The position numbers were made by a program, and so were the translations under genes. This document shows, piece by piece, positions 36,289 through 45,106 of a stretch of DNA of 58,876 bases. The stretch covers positions 1 to 58,876 of the IMG/VR virus record IMGVR_UViG_3300016467_000949; one strand, 5' to 3'. The stretch comes from a virus (lineage: Duplodnaviria > Caudoviricetes). Each line of letters begins with the position of its first letter. Position 1 is the first letter of the stretch. The notes under the pieces are model-generated. The model was not told the DNA's origin and did no database searches. It saw only the letters and a list, made by a program, of their open reading frames with translations.

Positions 36289-36701
36289 GTCCCGAACTCG
36301 AGAGCAAACTGACGAGCGATTTCCCCGATCTGTTCAGGGGAAGATCTAAGCCAAACACGGAATCTCTGATGTGCTACGGCTGTGAACACGATGACGGCTG
36401 GTTCAGCATAATCCGAGCCATGTGCCATGCCATAGAGAATCACCTGAAAAGGCAGAATCCGCGTCCCGAATACGAGTTTGTCCAGATAAAAGAGAAGTTC
36501 GGCACGCTCAGGGTCTATGACAACGGCCACGACGAGTATATTGCCGGCGTCATAAGGATGGCCGAGAACATGAGTGCCCTCACCTGTGAGGTCACGGGGA
36601 ATCCCGGAGGCATGTGCAGAAAGGGATTCTGGTACAGAACTTTGTGCGAAGAGCAGGCGGAGAAGGACGGATATATCCCCGCTGGAAAGAAAGAGGGCTG
36701 A
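36285..36701 (+). CDS. conserved phage hypothetical protein
   Basis: GW..II, QIKEKFGTLRVY, TCEVTG.PG..TLC. Confidence 0.75.
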   Translation: MSPELESKLTSDFPDLFRGRSKPNTESLMCYGCEHDDGWFSIIRAMCHAIENHLKRQNPRPEYEFVQIKEKFGTLRVYDNGHDEYIAGVIRMAENMSALTCEVTGNPGGMCRKGFWYRTLCEEQAEKDGYIPAGKKEG

Positions 36702-38278
36702 TGACCACTGCGATAGATCTTTATTCTGGAGTGGGTGGGTGGTCGCTTGGCCTGAGGATGGCTGGAATAGACGTGGTCTCCTCGTACGAGTGGTGGAACA
36801 AGGCCAACGACACAAATTTCAACAACAACCGTCATAAGACTGAATGCCTTGACATAAGGCAACTTTCTCCCTCCTCGGTTCCAAAGGTGGACTTGGTCGT
36901 CGGGAGCCCTCCTTGTACCCATTTCTCCCTGGCGAACAGGGGAGGGAAGGGCAACATATATGAAGGACTCAAGGATGTGGAGAAGTTCCTTGAGATCGTG
37001 GACGTCGTAAAACCTCGTTTCTGGGCCATGGAGAACGTCCCACGCCTTGCGGCAATCATGGAGAGGGAGCTGTGCCAAGGAGGAGTCCTCCACAGATTTG
37101 CGGGGCTGAATCCGAGGATCATGGTTTTGGACTCCTCTGAATGGGGCATTCCCCAGAGAAGGCAGAGATGCATAGCGGGCAACTTCAACTTTGATCTTCT
37201 TTTCTCCTACCGGGACTGCCTTCCAAACCGCACCCTTGGTGATGTGGTCTCCTCCCTTTCCTCCGATCCGATCCGCGACCCGGTCTATGGGATTTCCGTT
37301 CCGGCATCCGGCTTGTTCGACCATGAAGAGGAAGACATCCTTTCGTCCGAGGAGGAGAGGATAAATCGCGAGATGAAGACTTTCCATCCGGTTTACAACA
37401 ACATGTCCTTTCCTGACGACCCGCGTAAGCCCTCTAGGACGGTGACGGCGACATGTACCAGAGTTTCGCGTGAAAGCATCGTGGTACGTACGGATAAGGG
37501 TTTCCGAAGGCTGACGGTGCGGGAGCGGGCGTGTCTGCAGTCCTTTCCCGTGAACTATCAGTTCTACGGGGACAGCCATTCGCAGAAGCTGAAGATGGTT
37601 GGAAACGCGGTGCCTCCTCTTCTTTCCTTCTACATAGCCCAAGCGATGCTAGGCACTTCTGTTTCGGACCTTCCCGACCCCTCTTCCGCCATATCGGTTT
37701 TTTCCGCTCCGTCGGAGGCTCCCGCGAAGACGAAGCCCGACAAGCCTGGATGCTCCTATTCGGCACAAAGGCGGTTCCGCTCGGCAATCCCCCATCTCAG
37801 GTTCAAGAGCGGCGTCCGGTTCGAACTCGGCAATTCATTTGTCAAAAAGTCTCCCGAATGGAGAGTCAAGTTCTTCTTCGGAGGCTCAAAGAAGATAGGG
37901 GAGGTCGTCCTTGACGGCCTGCTCCTGAAGGACATTGAAAAGGTCAGGGGAGCCAAGTCCAAAATTGCCAAGGCCATGAAGATATGCGAGGAAGTTTCCG
38001 GGATCATTTCCGGCACATCAGCCCACAACCTACAGCATGCCTGGACTCACTGCGAGGGCGGGTGCGTCCATCCGCATTCGCTCGTGGACGCCATAGGCGA
38101 TGCGGTGGGATTCCTGATTGCGGAGGACAGTCCCGGGCTTTCTTCTGAAGTCGTGCGCGGCGTGATGGCGTCTAGGGGCAACCCTCCCGGCTGGGAGAAG
38201 GTTCTCCGCAACGCTCCAGCGGTGTTCGCGGGGCTTTTGGTGGGTTGCGTGGTCAACGGCATGCTGAAGAAGTTTTGA
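36701..38278 (+). CDS. C5 DNA cytosine methyltransferase with C-terminal extension
   Basis: DLYSGVGG (I), GSPPC (IV), ENV (VI), QRRQR (VIII), RERACLQSFP (IX), GNAVPP (X). Confidence 0.9.
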   Translation: MTTAIDLYSGVGGWSLGLRMAGIDVVSSYEWWNKANDTNFNNNRHKTECLDIRQLSPSSVPKVDLVVGSPPCTHFSLANRGGKGNIYEGLKDVEKFLEIVDVVKPRFWAMENVPRLAAIMERELCQGGVLHRFAGLNPRIMVLDSSEWGIPQRRQRCIAGNFNFDLLFSYRDCLPNRTLGDVVSSLSSDPIRDPVYGISVPASGLFDHEEEDILSSEEERINREMKTFHPVYNNMSFPDDPRKPSRTVTATCTRVSRESIVVRTDKGFRRLTVRERACLQSFPVNYQFYGDSHSQKLKMVGNAVPPLLSFYIAQAMLGTSVSDLPDPSSAISVFSAPSEAPAKTKPDKPGCSYSAQRRFRSAIPHLRFKSGVRFELGNSFVKKSPEWRVKFFFGGSKKIGEVVLDGLLLKDIEKVRGAKSKIAKAMKICEEVSGIISGTSAHNLQHAWTHCEGGCVHPHSLVDAIGDAVGFLIAEDSPGLSSEVVRGVMASRGNPPGWEKVLRNAPAVFAGLLVGCVVNGMLKKF

Positions 38279-38664
38279 TGAAGACAAGAGAGCAAATCAT
38301 AGAGTCCATGTGCCTTACATGGCGTCACGACTACGGGCTGAACAAGAACGGTTTCGGCACGGGCATGACCGACGAGGAACGCAAGGCCCTGCGGTCTAGG
38401 ATGGGTCAGATATTCGACAACGACATCGCCCCGCACATGGAATTCAGGAATGAGTCGAGGAAGACCGAACTGATCCACGACGGCATCATTAAAATACATT
38501 CGTTTGAACTGACCGAAAGAGAACAGAAGAGGATAAGCCTGGGTCTTAAGTACGGTCCCTTGGCTGCGGCAATGAAGGATGACGGAACCTTCTGGGAGTC
38601 GGAATCGCCACCCAAGGAGCCATGGAGGAGATGGCTGTTCAAGAAGTTTTTGGGGAGGGATTGA
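38278..38664 (+). CDS. hypothetical protein
   Basis: TGATG coupling to MTase. Confidence 0.65.
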   Translation: MKTREQIIESMCLTWRHDYGLNKNGFGTGMTDEERKALRSRMGQIFDNDIAPHMEFRNESRKTELIHDGIIKIHSFELTEREQKRISLGLKYGPLAAAMKDDGTFWESESPPKEPWRRWLFKKFLGRD

Positions 38665-38800
38665 ATTTGCGGAGAACGGCACCGAGCCATGATTCGGACT
38701 TCTTTTTCTTTTCTCCGTACTGCCTACGTCTTCTTCTTTTTTCCTTTATTGAATCAACAGCGACTCCCGCCGCGTCTCTTGCATTTTTTGTTTTTTTCAT
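38639..38800 (-). CDS. small highly basic peptide (53 aa, below the supplied track's cut-off)
   Basis: MKKTKNARDAAGVAVDSIKEKRRRRRQYGEKKKKSESWLGAVLRKFNPSPKTS, translated by hand. Confidence 0.4.
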   Translation of the reverse strand: MKKTKNARDAAGVAVDSIKEKRRRRRQYGEKKKKSESWLGAVLRKFNPSPKTS

Positions 38801-38885
38801 GATTTGAATTTAATGCAATTGCCGCGCCATAGCCAAAATTAGCCTTTTCCGTCAAATGAAAAGGAATGCCATCAAATTTAATGGA

Positions 38886-38913
38886 TTTACTGTTTGAAAA
38901 AATAGACTATAAT
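38886..38913 (+). promoter_or_regulatory. sigma70-like promoter heading the small-ORF region
   Basis: TTTACT-16 nt-TATAAT. Confidence 0.5.
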
Positions 38914-38937
38914 CAAGGCCGAAAGGACTCTTCAAAA

Positions 38938-39165
38938 ATGACCAAACTTCAGCTTTTGCAGTATCTTGAACGGGTCGCCAAGGAATACCGCCTCGGATGC
39001 AAAGAATCCTTGATCCGCAACGCTCACATGAACGATCTCGGTGGAGAGTGTAGTATGGATCAGAAGTTGGTGGATGCCATCCTTGTAGACTTCATCAACA
39101 AGGTCGGCGTGGATCAGTGGGTTGACTACGGGCTTTATGCCAAGGATTTGAGGGGGGGGACATAA
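38938..39165 (+). CDS. hypothetical protein
   Basis: AAAGGA RBS before ATG 38938. Confidence 0.65.
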   Translation: MTKLQLLQYLERVAKEYRLGCKESLIRNAHMNDLGGECSMDQKLVDAILVDFINKVGVDQWVDYGLYAKDLRGGT

Positions 39166-39452
39166 TGCGAAGGTCTGATTATTTTTTCTTGAGCGTTGTC
39201 GCGATAATCATCATCGGCACCTTGGTGGTTCTCCTGCGCGATTTAGAAAATTCATACTCGGGCAGGAATCAGAAGACAGTTGATGTGACGGGCGCCTATC
39301 TGATTCCGGAGAGCCTGGAAGGTTGCAAGATTTTCCGCCTTACGCCCGCCGGATTCGGCCAGACGCTCTATATAATTTCTAGAGATGGGGAGTCAACGGC
39401 GGTCGGCTGGCCGGGCCACAAGGGCAGAAGGACTTTTGTTCTGGAGAAATAA
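39165..39452 (+). CDS. membrane-anchored hypothetical protein
   Basis: N-terminal TM segment. Confidence 0.65.
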   Translation: MRRSDYFFLSVVAIIIIGTLVVLLRDLENSYSGRNQKTVDVTGAYLIPESLEGCKIFRLTPAGFGQTLYIISRDGESTAVGWPGHKGRRTFVLEK

Positions 39453-39865
39453 TGAAAGACTACATCGGACATTTATTGATGGTCTTGGGAGCTGCGGCTC
39501 TTGTCGCAGGTCTGGGCATCTACCGCAGAAGCCAGGCTCCGAAGCCCGAACCCGAGAAGAAGAAGGGCGTGGAGGTAGTCTGCAAGACCTGCGGCGGCAC
39601 AGGCGAGACGGAGCAGGACGTCAACCTGCTCATGGCGAAGGCCGCGTACTCCATCTGGTTCAACGGGCACTCCAGAAACTGCGAGGCCTGCAAGAATTTT
39701 CCAGACGGGTCTCCTTGCGAGGTGGACAGGAATAAGTACAAGGAGATCATGGACAAGTACGAGGAGCGTGGCTCGAAGATTGACAAGGCCGCCTGCCCCG
39801 GCTGCATGGGTATGGGTAGTTACATTCAGTACGAGGGGTACAGGTTTGGAAGGGAGCGGGATTGA
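39452..39865 (+). CDS. membrane-anchored Zn-finger protein (DnaJ-like CxxCxGxG motifs)
   Basis: TM segment, CKTCGGTG ... CPGCMGMG. Confidence 0.65.
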   Translation: MKDYIGHLLMVLGAAALVAGLGIYRRSQAPKPEPEKKKGVEVVCKTCGGTGETEQDVNLLMAKAAYSIWFNGHSRNCEACKNFPDGSPCEVDRNKYKEIMDKYEERGSKIDKAACPGCMGMGSYIQYEGYRFGRERD

Positions 39866-40095
39866 ACTTTCATTCTAAAATATACAAAACCTGTTTTGGC
39901 GGACCATTTCACGGCAAGACTTTTGCTCCGCACCACGGAGAAACGATTGTAAGAATTCTCACTTGGTCTGAAGGGAAATATGTCGGAGACAGCTTGTATC
40001 GGGTTGATGAAGACAAGTTGAACTACATGGGTCACGATGGAACCAAAACTTGGCCATCGGAATTGCACGCGACCAATAACCAAAAGAGGAAGCCC

Positions 40096-40281
40096 ATGAC
40101 CGATCTTGAAAGAATACGAACGATGCTGTGCGAGTTGGTTGAAGAAAAGGTCGTGGACACTTGGCTAGAAACGCCCAATGCAAAGTTCAACAACAAAAAG
40201 CCGATTGAACTCATAAAGGATGGTGACTTAAAGCCTCTAGAGGAAATGATCTATAGACTGAAGAGCGGGACTCCCGTTTGA
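40096..40281 (+). CDS. Xre/MbcA/ParS antitoxin C-terminal-like domain protein (may extend upstream to 39862)
   Basis: WLETPNAKFNNKKPIELI..G; GAGGA RBS before ATG 40096. Confidence 0.6.
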   Translation: MTDLERIRTMLCELVEEKVVDTWLETPNAKFNNKKPIELIKDGDLKPLEEMIYRLKSGTPV

Positions 40282-40604
40282 AATTTTCAATTCAAACCGA
40301 CTCACAAGCCATGCAAATAATAAACCACATCAAACTGCATGATATATTCATTTCCAAGTTGGATGAAATCTGCTCCGACAAGCCTTCCAACCGAGAATCA
40401 AGAATTCTGGCTTGGAAGAGTCTGTTGAATAAGCACGGGTGCATATTGGTTCTTGAGTCCCACATGGCCGAAGAGTTCAACAACAAGAGTCCGGAAGACT
40501 ACATCTGTATTGACTCCTACAGAACGAATATCGCAAGAGGATCGTGGGTTTTGGTGCCGAGAGATTTTGCCGAGAGGGTTCTTGTTTTGGGTTACATCCC
40601 GTAG
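40278..40604 (+). CDS. LGxLP family member 1
   Basis: ends VPRDFAERVLVLGYIP. Confidence 0.75.
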   Translation: MKFSIQTDSQAMQIINHIKLHDIFISKLDEICSDKPSNRESRILAWKSLLNKHGCILVLESHMAEEFNNKSPEDYICIDSYRTNIARGSWVLVPRDFAERVLVLGYIP

Positions 40605-40607
40605 AAT

Positions 40608-40925
40608 TTGGAGAACTATATTGTGATTGTTGAAATTTCAAGATTTGAGCACGAAGGGCAAGTTTTCATCCTCAGCAGGCCGGCCCCCTTCAGCCTCACA
40701 CAAGTTGATGACCTTTGGGTCTACGAGAACGAAGGTCTCAACCTTCTGGGCTATTCCCCAAATCGGGACGAAGCCCTGAAGAACTTGAACGAGGACTTCG
40801 CCAACTTCTACCACGAAATCGCACTTGAAAAGGACGAGAACCTCGAAGAAAAAGCCGCAGAAATGAAGCGGCAGTTTCTAGACTTGTTGGAATCTGTCTT
40901 CTTGCCCTTGGGGGCAAAAAAATGA
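40608..40925 (+). CDS. hypothetical protein, HicB-like fold possible
   Basis: LNLLGYSPNRDEALKNLNE. Confidence 0.55.
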   Translation: MENYIVIVEISRFEHEGQVFILSRPAPFSLTQVDDLWVYENEGLNLLGYSPNRDEALKNLNEDFANFYHEIALEKDENLEEKAAEMKRQFLDLLESVFLPLGAKK

Positions 40926-41236
40926 AAGACTGCCGACTATTGTGGCGTTTGTCATTCATCGTTAATTTGGCTTTGATTTCACTTGTTGTTTTGAACTTGG
41001 TTGACCCAAAGCCGCCCTTCAAACACACACTGCCAGAACCGCCCATACTTAAACTTTCAGACTATCCAAAAACTCAAGAACATTGTAAAATATGTCCCCA
41101 GTGCCGGGAGAGATGGGATTTGATTGAAAAGAATCAGATCACATGGGATAGCCCCGTCTGTTGTAGCGAAGGCTTTGAAATCGGAATGCAAGAATTTAGG
41201 GAAAGATGGGAAAAACTTGAAAAAGAAAGAAATTAA
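40922..41236 (+). CDS. membrane-anchored hypothetical protein
   Basis: TM segment plus Cys cluster. Confidence 0.6.
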   Translation: MKDCRLLWRLSFIVNLALISLVVLNLVDPKPPFKHTLPEPPILKLSDYPKTQEHCKICPQCRERWDLIEKNQITWDSPVCCSEGFEIGMQEFRERWEKLEKERN

Positions 41237-41250
41237 ATAGGAGAAATAAA

Positions 41251-41592
41251 ATGTTTAAAAGAGGATTTGTTCTAGAATTATTCGGATTTATTTTTTTCTT
41301 TTTTTTATCGGTGATGATACTATTAGCATTCGGGGTAAAATTTAATACCATTTTATCCAAAAAACACACAGGAAAAATTGAATATAAATTTCAAGATACT
41401 TTGGAGTTTTGTGATAAAGACACTAATGAAGTTGTTAAAAAATTAGATAATGTAGAATTTAGAGTGTTAGACAAAAATCGTTATATGTATGTGGCCAAGA
41501 CACCAGATTTGCCGTCACCACAAGTTCTAATAATGAATGATTTTCCACCAAACACTTATCTTATATTTTACCAAACACCCGATGGAGAATAA
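41251..41592 (+). CDS. membrane-anchored protein, paralog of 42593..42886
   Basis: YKFQDTLEFCD..EFRVL; AGGAG RBS; AT-rich DNA. Confidence 0.7.
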   Translation: MFKRGFVLELFGFIFFFFLSVMILLAFGVKFNTILSKKHTGKIEYKFQDTLEFCDKDTNEVVKKLDNVEFRVLDKNRYMYVAKTPDLPSPQVLIMNDFPPNTYLIFYQTPDGE

Positions 41593-41595
41593 ATA

Positions 41596-41967
41596 ATGTA
41601 TAAAACAATAGCGGATTTAAATAAGAAAAAAGGATGGAATATTAGGGTACTTCAATGGAAAGACTCTGATGAAGTAAATAGTATACTTAAAAATCAACAA
41701 CAAAATAATCCAGAATGGTATTATGTAGATTTTTATCGTACTGATGATTATACTCGGGGTATTCGCATAGAAGGCACAAAAGAGGATTTGCAAAAAATAG
41801 TAGATGTGTTAAATGTTGCTATTCAACCGCCAGAAGAAAATACACTTGAAACTCGCACAGTTTCCAAGCCAAGAGCAGTCCTGAAAGTAGAAGCGGTTCC
41901 TATTCCGCCGAAGATTCAATCCATGATGGCCGATGCGATAAGAGAGAGCGACAATGGAAAGCCGTGA
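41596..41967 (+). CDS. hypothetical protein
   Basis: GGAG RBS. Confidence 0.6.
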   Translation: MYKTIADLNKKKGWNIRVLQWKDSDEVNSILKNQQQNNPEWYYVDFYRTDDYTRGIRIEGTKEDLQKIVDVLNVAIQPPEENTLETRTVSKPRAVLKVEAVPIPPKIQSMMADAIRESDNGKP

Positions 41968-42166
41968 AAATAAAGAACACAAGGAAAGAGTGCTCAAGGC
42001 TTGCCAAAGCATGATCGGAATAGACCCCTCGGGTGCTCTTCATTATTTTTGGCTTGAAAAAGGAAGTTGCCTAAGCTCGGATGATTTGCGAATAATTGCA
42101 GACGAACTAGACAGACTTAACGAAGATTGGCATGTCAAGTGCGAAGAATATTTCAAAACCAAATGA
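41954..42166 (+). CDS. hypothetical protein
   Basis: DLRIIADELDRLN helix; coupled. Confidence 0.6.
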   Translation: MESRENKEHKERVLKACQSMIGIDPSGALHYFWLEKGSCLSSDDLRIIADELDRLNEDWHVKCEEYFKTK

Positions 42167-42324
42167 GCAAACCGCCAAATGTCAAGCCGTACTCATGGGT
42201 CTTGGCTTATGACGAGTCAAGATCCGAATACCGCTGGCATCACATTGAAAACCCAGAAGAAAAACATGTTGTTCTGGATGCATCTAAAATTTTCCTAGGA
42301 TGGAAGGAGCAAGTGCAAAAGTGA
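42163..42324 (+). CDS. small hypothetical protein
   Basis: ATGA/GTGA coupled on both sides. Confidence 0.5.
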   Translation: MSKPPNVKPYSWVLAYDESRSEYRWHHIENPEEKHVVLDASKIFLGWKEQVQK

Positions 42325-42596
42325 AGCGAGGATTCACACTGACGGAAGTCCTGGTTGTCATCTTCATCCTTGTGAGCTTGGGCGGGTTGCTTGTTCCCGC
42401 CCTCCAAGCCGCCAGGAACAATGCCAAAAACCTTCGTGAAAATAAAAATCCCGAAGAGGCGAACAAGAACGGTTGGTACATGAGCACGATGCGCCACGAC
42501 GGGCACCTGTGGGTGATGAACAGGAGGATGGACTACTTCTTGCACCACCCCGACTGCCCGTGCAGAGGTGCCTTGGCCGAAAGGGAAGAGAAGTGA
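42321..42596 (+). CDS. prepilin-type N-terminal cleavage/methylation protein (DUF1559-like N-terminus)
   Basis: KRG|FTLTEVLVVIFILVSLGGLLVPALQAAR. Confidence 0.8.
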   Translation: MKRGFTLTEVLVVIFILVSLGGLLVPALQAARNNAKNLRENKNPEEANKNGWYMSTMRHDGHLWVMNRRMDYFLHHPDCPCRGALAEREEK

Positions 42597-42886
42597 AGGT
42601 CGGATTCCTTTGCTTGTACTTGGGCTTCTTGATTGCAGTGCTCGTCGGCTTCTTGGTCAATCCCCCGTCCGAACCGTCGTACAAGTACCGAGACACCATA
42701 GAGTTCTGCGACAGGGAAACAGGGGAGTCTAGGAAGACGATCAGGAATGCAGAGTTCCGACTACTGAACAAAGACGATATAATGTATGGCGTCAAGATAA
42801 AGGTCAAAGAAAAAGAGCAGGAAGCCCTAGTGATGGATAAAATTCCGTCGGATTGCTTCGTGAGAATCAGGAAGGATTCGGAATGA
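42593..42886 (+). CDS. membrane-anchored protein, paralog of 41251..41592
   Basis: YKYRDTIEFCD..EFRLL. Confidence 0.7.
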   Translation: MKVGFLCLYLGFLIAVLVGFLVNPPSEPSYKYRDTIEFCDRETGESRKTIRNAEFRLLNKDDIMYGVKIKVKEKEQEALVMDKIPSDCFVRIRKDSE

Positions 42887-43242
42887 ACTGGAATTGCAAC
42901 TATTGCGGACACAGAACGGAACCCGTAAAGGAAGTCACACAGGACGGCGACGACTGGCCCGCCGGTCGGGCTTGCCGTCTGTGCGGCAAGGGAGAAATGG
43001 TCTGTCGCCCAATGGAAGTTCGCTTAATCAGCCCCATTGAACCATCTCCCGCCGTAACCTTCGTGGTTCAAAGGAGCTATGACGGCGAGGTCTGGGAGGA
43101 TTATTTCGTGGGCGATATGTACTCGTCAAAAGCTGAAGCCGTGAGCGTTGCGTCCGAACAGCACGAACGATATAATCTTACGAGAAAATTTCGTGTGATA
43201 CGTAGAGTAGAGAAAGTTGAGTGGGAGCCGAAATATGACTAA
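42883..43242 (+). CDS. Zn-ribbon-containing hypothetical protein
   Basis: CNYC...CRLC. Confidence 0.6.
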   Translation: MNWNCNYCGHRTEPVKEVTQDGDDWPAGRACRLCGKGEMVCRPMEVRLISPIEPSPAVTFVVQRSYDGEVWEDYFVGDMYSSKAEAVSVASEQHERYNLTRKFRVIRRVEKVEWEPKYD

Positions 43243-44002
43243 AGACAATGAGTTTTTGAACTGGCTGGCCGACAGGCTCGTTCATGTTTATGGCGAGAGT
43301 CCGAATGTGGATTTTGTCCACAAATTAAGGGAGATCGCCAAGAATACAGACCCAGAGCAGACTAGATTGAACCCCTGTGTGGGTCTTCGTGACCATCAGC
43401 TTACGGAAGAAGAGGCCGCGGCGCTTGATCGCATTATTCAGAGTACGGCGCCTCTGCCCTACACTCCGAAGACACCAGTGAAAGAGATATCGGCCGAGGA
43501 ATTCATGTATCGCATGAATTCTCGTCTTGATGAAGTCCGCAAACTACCGTCGATTGAAGGCGGCAGAGTGGAAACAGGTCCGGTGCAGTTCGGAGATGAT
43601 TGGCCCGGAATTTTCATTCGGGGAGACAACGCATTTGGTTACGCCATGGAATTGCAGAGTGCGATAGCAAGGATGCCTGAGTGTATAGAGAAAATGCAGA
43701 TGAAGTGGCTGTGCGAACTCTTGCGCGGCGCCGTCGTCATTCCGGTCAAATCTCCGGAAAAGATCAAGGTTCCGACAATTGACGGCGAGGCCGAAGTGGA
43801 AGCCATGAGATTCACCGAAGAAAACAAGGATCAGGTCTACAACTGGGCGAGGTCAATTCAAAAGAATGTCTACCACGATTTCTCCGAAGACAACAAGCCC
43901 ATATTGAGAATAACGACAATTTTTGACGGGGAGATTATCTGCCGTCTTGGTGATTACTTGGTCAAAACAGACGACGAACAGAGGTTGAACGTAGTAAGAT
44001 GA
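43235..44002 (+). CDS. multi-module hypothetical protein
   Basis: WLADRLVHVYGE, RVETGPVQFGDDWPG and EAMRF..GDYLVK blocks. Confidence 0.7.
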   Translation: MTKDNEFLNWLADRLVHVYGESPNVDFVHKLREIAKNTDPEQTRLNPCVGLRDHQLTEEEAAALDRIIQSTAPLPYTPKTPVKEISAEEFMYRMNSRLDEVRKLPSIEGGRVETGPVQFGDDWPGIFIRGDNAFGYAMELQSAIARMPECIEKMQMKWLCELLRGAVVIPVKSPEKIKVPTIDGEAEVEAMRFTEENKDQVYNWARSIQKNVYHDFSEDNKPILRITTIFDGEIICRLGDYLVKTDDEQRLNVVR

Positions 44003-44355
44003 GAAGCAAACTTGAATACGACGAGCAGTACGGCTACTGGTCATATTATGTCGATGGAGAAGATATTTACGACCTGAAAGAGGTTGAGATCAACGGCAAC
44101 AAGTACAAGGTTGTGAAGGTGGACAATGCCGAAGTTGAATATGAAATGGGTCATCGCAGCGTCGTTCACTCAATAAAATACCACATCAAGGTTCCTTTTG
44201 AGAAAACCTCCGTTTTGGTTGATCTTACTCAAATCCTAGACAGAAAGACGCGAACTTGGGAACGCCGACCTAGAAGATCAAGGGTCAAAGTCCGAGCGAC
44301 CAAGTTCAGTACGGAAAAGCCAAAGCCAGCCCCCACACGTGCGAGGATTCGTTGA
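43999..44355 (+). CDS. hypothetical protein
   Basis: coupled ORF. Confidence 0.6.
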   Translation: MRSKLEYDEQYGYWSYYVDGEDIYDLKEVEINGNKYKVVKVDNAEVEYEMGHRSVVHSIKYHIKVPFEKTSVLVDLTQILDRKTRTWERRPRRSRVKVRATKFSTEKPKPAPTRARIR

Positions 44356-44702
44356 TGACACAGCCCAGAACATGGTTCCTCGACTTTGACGGCACTCTCG
44401 TCGCCCACAAGAGCCACATGAGGGACGAGGACTATATCCTTGACGGAACGAAGGACTTCTTCGCGTCCGTTGTCAAAGATAATGACTATGTCGTCATAAC
44501 GACCGCTCGAGGCGAAGACCACAAAGAACGAGTAGAAGGATTCCTGAATAGGAACAACATCAGATTTGATCTAGTGTTGTGCGGACTCCCCACCGGCCCT
44601 AGAATATTGGTCAACGACTCGAAGCCGTGCGGGATGCAGACCGCATACTCCTACAACTTGGAGAGAGATAAGGGAATTCTTTCCGTGGATTGGAAACCAT
44701 GA
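44352..44702 (+). CDS. HAD-superfamily phosphatase-like protein
   Basis: LDFDGTL, ITTAR, G.RILVNDSKP. Confidence 0.75.
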   Translation: MMTQPRTWFLDFDGTLVAHKSHMRDEDYILDGTKDFFASVVKDNDYVVITTARGEDHKERVEGFLNRNNIRFDLVLCGLPTGPRILVNDSKPCGMQTAYSYNLERDKGILSVDWKP

Positions 44703-44724
44703 CAGAAAAATTGGAGAATAACTA

Positions 44725-44928
44725 ATGTTTGGTGAAAAACGATTTGTTGATATTGGTCAAACTCTTTTCATCAGTTGGATTAGAGATTTGCCTACTGGAA
44801 TTGAAAATAATACACAAAAAGAAAATTGTGAACAGTTCAACATGATTGCTAAAATGGCTTTTGATGCGGCAGGAGAATTTGCTAAGGTTTTTGAAAATCA
44901 GGAGAATAATAATGTCTCAAACATTTGA
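44725..44928 (+). CDS. hypothetical protein
   Basis: GGAG RBS; AT-rich. Confidence 0.55.
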   Translation: MFGEKRFVDIGQTLFISWIRDLPTGIENNTQKENCEQFNMIAKMAFDAAGEFAKVFENQENNNVSNI

Positions 44929-45091
44929 AGTTTATTACATCGTAGAAAATTTGACGCACAATCGTAAGATTGTGGCTGGACCCTATTATGATCGCATGGA
45001 AGCCTACGAAGCCAGCGAGAAACTAGAGGCAAAAAGTCCGTACAGAGAGCGCGTGTTCGAAATTATGTCTCACACTCTAGAACTTGAATAA
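44912..45091 (+). CDS. hypothetical protein
   Basis: AGGAG RBS before ATG 44912. Confidence 0.55.
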   Translation: MSQTFEVYYIVENLTHNRKIVAGPYYDRMEAYEASEKLEAKSPYRERVFEIMSHTLELE

Positions 45092-45106
45092 AACGAAGGA
45101 GAAAGA

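Noticed and set aside
36515-37642. Long antisense ORFs (also 712-1386, 29756-30448, 31540-32190, 49991-50851)
   Set aside because: They fully overlap well-supported + strand genes and lack motifs; explained by codon bias
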